Source: Candidatus Hodarchaeota archaeon
Lineage (GTDB): Archaea; Asgardarchaeota; Heimdallarchaeia; Hodarchaeales; Hodarchaeaceae
Assembly: GCA_029856365.1 (NCBI GenBank)
Contig: JAHQWW010000060.1
Span: forward strand, 1-22,259
Reading direction: 5' to 3'
DNA length: 22,259 nucleotides
The notes under the pieces are model-generated. The model did no database searches. It saw only the letters and a program-made list of their open reading frames with translations, and was not told the DNA's origin. Made by a program: the position numbers and the translations under genes. Positions 17,443-22,259 of the stretch are shown here, piece by piece; position 1 is the stretch's first letter, and each line of letters begins with the position of its first letter.

Positions 17443-18117
17443 TCACCGATGAAAAATGGCAAGAAGCTCTTCAAACTTTTCAATTTGAAGATCAGCTTTT
17501 TCTACTTCTTTTCTCCCAAATCCATATGCGCATCCAATCGCAATCCCTCCATTGTTTTTTGCAGCCTGAATATCATGGATTCTATCTCCTACAACTACGA
17601 AATGATTTGTTTTTAACTTTTCGATAATTTTACCGACCATCCATGTCTTGTTTTTCCCTGGGTTTTGGCCAGCAACTATCATTTCATCAAAATAATTATT
17701 TAATTCAAAGTATTCAATAGCTGCTTCAAAATAATCGGTTCGGGCGTTAGTACAAAGTGCTAATTTAAATCTACGATTTTTTAGAGTAGAAAGAGTTGTT
17801 TTAACATTGGGATAAAGCTCACCTTTTCCATCTTTAAATGCTTTAACTTCAGCTTCCTCTACACATTTTTCAAATATAGAGATGACTTCTGGGTCATTAG
17901 TCTTTAAAAGCGATGGATATATATCATCAGCTTGTTTACCGAACTGTGAGAGAATTGTTTCGTCTGATGGATATTCTTTTAATATATGAAACTCTTTATA
18001 AAGTAATTGAAGGCATTCATGGAATATAGGGAGACTTAACTTTTCTCCTCTGTGCAACGTGCCATCAAAATCGAAGATTATCGTATCTATCTTGAGTAAC
18101 TCTAATTGAGAAACCAT
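17443..18117 (-). CDS. HAD family hydrolase (subfamily IA phosphatase)
   Basis: Motif I FDFDGTL, motif II CTN, motif III K, motif IV GDRIHD. Confidence 0.92.
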   Translation of the reverse strand: MVSQLELLKIDTIIFDFDGTLHRGEKLSLPIFHECLQLLYKEFHILKEYPSDETILSQFGKQADDIYPSLLKTNDPEVISIFEKCVEEAEVKAFKDGKGELYPNVKTTLSTLKNRRFKLALCTNARTDYFEAAIEYFELNNYFDEMIVAGQNPGKNKTWMVGKIIEKLKTNHFVVVGDRIHDIQAAKNNGGIAIGCAYGFGRKEVEKADLQIEKFEELLAIFHR

Positions 18118-18159
18118 ATAGGGAGATCTCCTACGTGATTTATTTCTTATTAAAATGGG

Positions 18160-18984
18160 TTATTTTATTTCTTGAAGAACTTGCAATGACAAATAAAGAA
18201 CTTTGTATCCATGATAAATGATTTGACGAAAAGCATGATTATCTCGATTTTCAGCAAAAAACGCTTTCCATCCTGATAGATAATATTGCTTATAATGAGC
18301 AGCAATTTGTTTATAACCAATATTCTCTATTTCTGTTGTTATTTTAGTGCGATTCCAACTCCAAATCTCCTCAGGAACAAAGTCTGATACTTGTGTGAGT
18401 AACCTAACTGGAGTTGGAGATACTTGCCAGTTAAATTTTCGAATTAAAGTCCAATAATCAAGGCCACTTCGATCAATAAGACTCATAGGTATGTTTTCAA
18501 CAGTTCTCTTTATTTTAATTAGATGATTATAATCAATTTCACGAATTCTGTGTGGTTCAGGAAAAAATGGTGTGCATGGTTCACCATACATAATACGAAC
18601 ATCTTTTATTCTAGGAGGAATATAATCTGTTGACGTTAATAGTTGATTGATCGTAACAAGTTGAGTGCGAGGTAAATGAAGAGCATTAGAGTATTCTTTG
18701 GTGAAAGTTTGTTCATATTTTTCTGAGATTTCAAGAGATTTTTTTACTGGATCAGGTTCGTCATAAAAGATGTTATTACCATCTTTCAGCATGATGTGGA
18801 TATCAAGATCGCTTAAAATAGGTACATAATCAAGTGGTGTACACCATGGCTTTACTGCTGATCCTTTAGCGTACATATACTTGATCTTATTACTAAACTC
18901 ACTAGTTAAGAGCGATGTCCATACAACAAGACTATGGTTGATATCTTTCCTAGCTTGTTTTAAGTAATTGGTGAAATTCTCCAT
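18160..18984 (-). CDS. Hypothetical protein with Pol-beta-like nucleotidyltransferase motif
   Basis: YMYAKGS-x16-DLDIHI resembles hG[GS]...DhD, followed by a helical C-terminal region. Confidence 0.6.
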   Translation of the reverse strand: MENFTNYLKQARKDINHSLVVWTSLLTSEFSNKIKYMYAKGSAVKPWCTPLDYVPILSDLDIHIMLKDGNNIFYDEPDPVKKSLEISEKYEQTFTKEYSNALHLPRTQLVTINQLLTSTDYIPPRIKDVRIMYGEPCTPFFPEPHRIREIDYNHLIKIKRTVENIPMSLIDRSGLDYWTLIRKFNWQVSPTPVRLLTQVSDFVPEEIWSWNRTKITTEIENIGYKQIAAHYKQYYLSGWKAFFAENRDNHAFRQIIYHGYKVLYLSLQVLQEIK

Positions 18985-19152
18985 TTTCTCACGTTCTCGT
19001 ATTCTTACTAATCAAATTATTGTAGTATTAGATTGAAAGGCTTTTCTTACTCTCATTTCTTAAATCTTCTTTAATTCTGTCGTTTTAATATGTAGAGGAA
19101 AATTTTATTTAATTGAATTGATGTTTTTTCGTTAGAAAGGTGATAATTTTTC

Positions 19153-19344
19153 ATGCGAGAAGTGAAATCTCCCGAAGAAAAAATGTTTGATCAAGTAGCA
19201 TGCTTCCTTTATAGAGGGTCTCTTAATCAGGTACGTAAAGAATTTTGCTTACATCTTTTTGCAGAGTGGTCAAAAGCAAATCTAGATATTGTATTAAAAG
19301 CCCTAAGTTTGGAAGAATCAGAAAATGAACTTAAAACCGACTAA
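19153..19344 (+). CDS. Small hypothetical protein (63 aa)
   Basis: Strong SD AGGTGA (19138-19143) 9 nt before the ATG. Fills a gap between genes without overlap. Confidence 0.6.
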   Translation: MREVKSPEEKMFDQVACFLYRGSLNQVRKEFCLHLFAEWSKANLDIVLKALSLEESENELKTD

Positions 19345-19372
19345 GAATATTTATCGGTTTATGATTATAAAA

Positions 19373-19606
19373 TCAGTCAGCCTTGATTCTAATTTCGTAA
19401 AAAACAGTTGTGATGATAAACAGAATTATCAAAACAATCGAAATAATCAAGAGGATGGGAGCTTCTTCACGGAATGGATGATGAATTACAGGTAACATTC
19501 CATGGGAAGATTCTTGATAGTTATAGAGAAATATCGCACCAAAAAAGAAAATAATACAGCCGATTATTGAACCAACTTGTATTGAACGAATTAGTTCTTT
19601 CATCAT
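19373..19606 (-). CDS. Small two-TM membrane protein (~77 aa)
   Basis: MMKELIRS...IIGCIIFFFGAIFLY...PILLIISIVLIILFIITTVFY. Start moved to ATG 19606, which removes the overlap with the MTase gene. Confidence 0.6.
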   Translation of the reverse strand: MMKELIRSIQVGSIIGCIIFFFGAIFLYNYQESSHGMLPVIHHPFREEAPILLIISIVLIILFIITTVFYEIRIKAD

Positions 19607-19731
19607 TATCAATGAAAGTGAGTATTTATGAAATAATAGGACTTGTGGTGTATGAAAATTAGGTTCTTGGTGTCCAATAACACACATTTCAATTACATTA
19701 ATAATCATTAATTTTATCAAAGAGGATTGAA

Positions 19732-20658
19732 ATGGAGAAAAAAGAAAAGAGAAGAAGAACAAAAACTAGTAAATTTGGGTCTTCACGCAGGGAAGGCCAT
19801 GATTCAACATTATTTTACTCCTCTAGATTGTATGAGGGTCTCCCAACTGAGAAAAGTATTGAATACATTGAAAATCCTATTCCTTCAAAATATTATGATA
19901 AAATATTTCATGCCAGTTCTGAGAATATGGAGGAATTACCAGCTAATAGTATCCATTTAATGGTCACATCGCCTCCATATAACGTTGGAAAAGACTATGA
20001 TAACGACTATACATTAATGGAATATTTATTATTCCTAAAACGGGTATGGACAGAAGTTAAAAGAGTATTAGTGCCAGGGGGTAGAGCTTGCATAAATATT
20101 GCTAATTTGGGAAGAAAACCATATATTCCTTTGCACTCATTCATCATTAGTTGTATGTTTGAATTAGATTTTTTAATGAGAGGAGAAATCATTTGGGACA
20201 AATCTGCAAGTGCTGGTACATCCACAGCCTGGGGAAGCTGGATGTCCCCTTCTAATCCATCGTTGAGAGATGTCCACGAATATATTCTGGTTTTTTCGAA
20301 AGATAGATATAAACTAAAGAAACAAAACAATAGAAAGAGCACTATTACTAGAGATGAGTTTTTAGAATTAACTAAGAGTGTGTGGGAATTTCCAACAGAA
20401 TCAGCAACAAAAGTTGGGCATCCTGCACCCTTTCCAATCGAATTACCTTATAGACTAATTCAATTATACACCCATGATAAAGAAATTATTCTTGATCCTT
20501 TTATAGGAAGCGGTCAAACTGCTATTGCCGCCATAAAAGCCAATCGTCATTTCATTGGGTATGAGGTAGAAAAAGAATATGTAGAGTTAGCAGAGAGAAG
20601 AATCACTGAATTTAAAAGAACTTTCAAAGCTCCTAAATTAACTGATTTCATTGAATAG
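19732..20658 (+). CDS. Site-specific DNA methyltransferase, beta class (N4-C/N6-A)
   Basis: Motif IV VTSPPY precedes motif I LDPFIGSGQT, with HPAPFP (motif X region) between them. AGAGGA SD upstream. Confidence 0.93.
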   Translation: MEKKEKRRRTKTSKFGSSRREGHDSTLFYSSRLYEGLPTEKSIEYIENPIPSKYYDKIFHASSENMEELPANSIHLMVTSPPYNVGKDYDNDYTLMEYLLFLKRVWTEVKRVLVPGGRACINIANLGRKPYIPLHSFIISCMFELDFLMRGEIIWDKSASAGTSTAWGSWMSPSNPSLRDVHEYILVFSKDRYKLKKQNNRKSTITRDEFLELTKSVWEFPTESATKVGHPAPFPIELPYRLIQLYTHDKEIILDPFIGSGQTAIAAIKANRHFIGYEVEKEYVELAERRITEFKRTFKAPKLTDFIE

Positions 20659-20734
20659 TCTAGAAGAAAATGATAAACTTGTTACATAACCAGTATTCTT
20701 TCCAATGGAATACAACAAAAATTAAAGTGAAAAA

Positions 20735-21754
20735 ATGTTGAGAGTCGTAGTAGTTGGTGCTGGTGCTATAGGTGGTCCTATTGCTGCCCATATGGCTGAA
20801 AATCATGTTGATATTACTTTAGTGACAAAACATCCCGATCTTGCTGAAACCATCAAAACTCGTGGGTTACAACTTAAGGGACTTGAAAAATTTCGCTCTG
20901 TTTTAATAAAAGCTGTCCCTTTTATTGAAGATCTCGAAGGTAATTTTGAAATAATATTTCTTGCTACGAAAGGAACAGATGTCGAAGCTGCCGCAAAAGC
21001 AATTGTTCCATTTCTTCATGAAGACGGTGTTGTGGTCACTCTTCAGAATGGGATTGTTGAGGATGCGATCGGGGATATTGTGGGCCGTTCACGTATTATT
21101 GGCAGCGTTGTAAAATGGGGTTCCACAATGCTTGAACCTGCTTTAATAGAAATAACTTCTTCTGGTGATTTCTATATTGGACTGATTGATGAGACAGGAA
21201 ACAAACAAAAAATTCAAGATGTGTCAAAGCTTCTTGAGTATAGTGCGCCTGTGAACGTGACAGATAATATTTATGGAGCACTTTATTCTAAGCTTGCAAT
21301 TAATGCTTGTTTAACTACTTTAGGTGCTATTTGCGGGCTATATCTTGGAGAAATGTTGGCTTCTCGCCGCACTAGGCGCCTATTCATGGGGATAACTACA
21401 GAAGTTGTAAAAGTCGCAGAAAAATCAGGAGTTCACATGGAGAAGATTCTTCCTTTACACTCTAGAAGTTTAATCTTAACAGGATCAGACTCACGACTAA
21501 GTTTACTTAAAAAACACCTTTTAATAAAAATTGTAGGTTGGAAATATCGTAAGGTGAAATCTTCCAGTTTACAATCATTGGAGAGAGGGAAAAAATCTGA
21601 GATCGATTTTCTTAATGGTTATATTGTACAGAAAGGGGAGGAGACTGGAATTATGACACCTATTAATAGTGAATGTGTTCGATTGATCAAGGAGATAGAA
21701 GCGGGGAAGAGGGAGATTCACCCAGATAATTTACTCGAATTACCAATACCATAA
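20735..21754 (+). CDS. panE: 2-dehydropantoate 2-reductase (ketopantoate reductase family)
   Basis: GAGAIG, LATK, TLQNG, catalytic K in SKLAIN, and SSSLQSLERGKKSEIDFLNG. Confidence 0.88.
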   Translation: MLRVVVVGAGAIGGPIAAHMAENHVDITLVTKHPDLAETIKTRGLQLKGLEKFRSVLIKAVPFIEDLEGNFEIIFLATKGTDVEAAAKAIVPFLHEDGVVVTLQNGIVEDAIGDIVGRSRIIGSVVKWGSTMLEPALIEITSSGDFYIGLIDETGNKQKIQDVSKLLEYSAPVNVTDNIYGALYSKLAINACLTTLGAICGLYLGEMLASRRTRRLFMGITTEVVKVAEKSGVHMEKILPLHSRSLILTGSDSRLSLLKKHLLIKIVGWKYRKVKSSSLQSLERGKKSEIDFLNGYIVQKGEETGIMTPINSECVRLIKEIEAGKREIHPDNLLELPIP

Positions 21755-21792
21755 AACCAACCTGAAGTATTTATCTTAAGAAGGATAAAAAA

Positions 21793-22259
21793 ATGTTCTT
21801 GGATTTAAATGAGTTTTGTAGTTCATTAAAATCGGCACTTAGTAATGATCCTTCTGTTGCAATAGCTGCTGATAATGATTTAGATGGATTATTTAGTGCA
21901 ATACAACTTGACATGGGACTTTATAATCTATATGAGATTGAAGTTGAAACATATTTTAGAGACGAAGTTCGCTGGGAAATACCAATTGATCAGAAATTCG
22001 ATTTATTAATAATGACTGATCTAGCATATGATAATACACCGAATTACCGCAATGCAGTGGGAAAAGCAGCTCAATCCTTTGCAATCGATCATCACGTTAC
22101 AAAGGAATTCCCCCAACTTTCTAGATTCAAAAGTTTTATCACAGTGAAGTTGAATGATAATTGGGGAAAAATAAAAGGTGCTCATGCAGCTCATAAAACA
22201 GTTAGAAAAAAACTAAAAACTGATAAAAAATATAGAGAAATCATTGAAAATATAGAGGA
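21793..22259 (+). CDS. DHH family phosphoesterase, 3'-truncated (absent from the ORF track)
   Basis: Hand translation from ATG 21793 is open to the window end, with motif 1 AADNDLDG, motif 2 LLIMTDL and motif 3 FAIDHH. Confidence 0.85.
   Translation, partial: MFLDLNEFCSSLKSALSNDPSVAIAADNDLDGLFSAIQLDMGLYNLYEIEVETYFRDEVRWEIPIDQKFDLLIMTDLAYDNTPNYRNAVGKAAQSFAIDHHVTKEFPQLSRFKSFITVKLNDNWGKIKGAHAAHKTVRKKLKTDKKYREIIENIE

Noticed and set aside
18160-20658. CBASS or restriction-modification defence island
   Set aside because: No recognisable effector, nuclease, integrase or composition shift; the neighbours are metabolic genes.
406-21281. Short overlapping or antisense ORFs in the track (e.g. 406-648, 2756-2959, 4387-4710, 8199-8528, 12970-13371, 14946-15266, 16967-17152, 19727-19960, 20007-20342, 21096-21281)
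   Set aside because: They are shadows of well-supported genes and have no family motifs.
1-22259. CRISPR array, tRNA, rRNA, intact IS or recoded (Sec/Pyl) genes
   Set aside because: No regularly spaced repeats, cloverleaf, long GC-rich non-coding tract or full transposase was seen, and gene stops coincide with expected domain ends.

Overview
AT-rich (roughly one-third GC by eye), gene-dense prokaryotic window with archaeal signals: AGGTGA/GGTG-type ribosome-binding sites, TATA-like boxes, oligo-T terminators and an archaeal-order dehydrogenase-hydratase fusion. An Asgard (Heimdall/Hodarchaeales-like) origin is plausible but only inferred. Left to right it holds a 5'-truncated TPR protein, an ABC-2 exporter (ATPase plus two paralogous permeases), a membrane-anchored MBL-fold hydrolase, a FetA/FetB-like ABC pair with pepD and a GNAT, and a TauE/SafE protein. 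Next comes a co-oriented lipid-catabolism block (two tandem stand-alone SCP2 proteins, thiolase, HADH-enoyl-CoA hydratase fusion, duplicated stand-alone HADH). The right end has a HAD phosphatase with an atypical Pol-beta-like nucleotidyltransferase, two small proteins, an orphan beta-class DNA methyltransferase, ketopantoate reductase and a 3'-truncated DHH phosphoesterase. Best leads: (1) the SCP2-SCP2-thiolase-HADH/ECH-HADH block and its structured leader; (2) an unannotated 20-codon peptide gene with SD, biased codons and terminator, divergent from fetAB across a DtxR/SirR-like palindrome; (3) the NTase-HAD pair. No rRNA, tRNA, CRISPR array or intact mobile element was seen.
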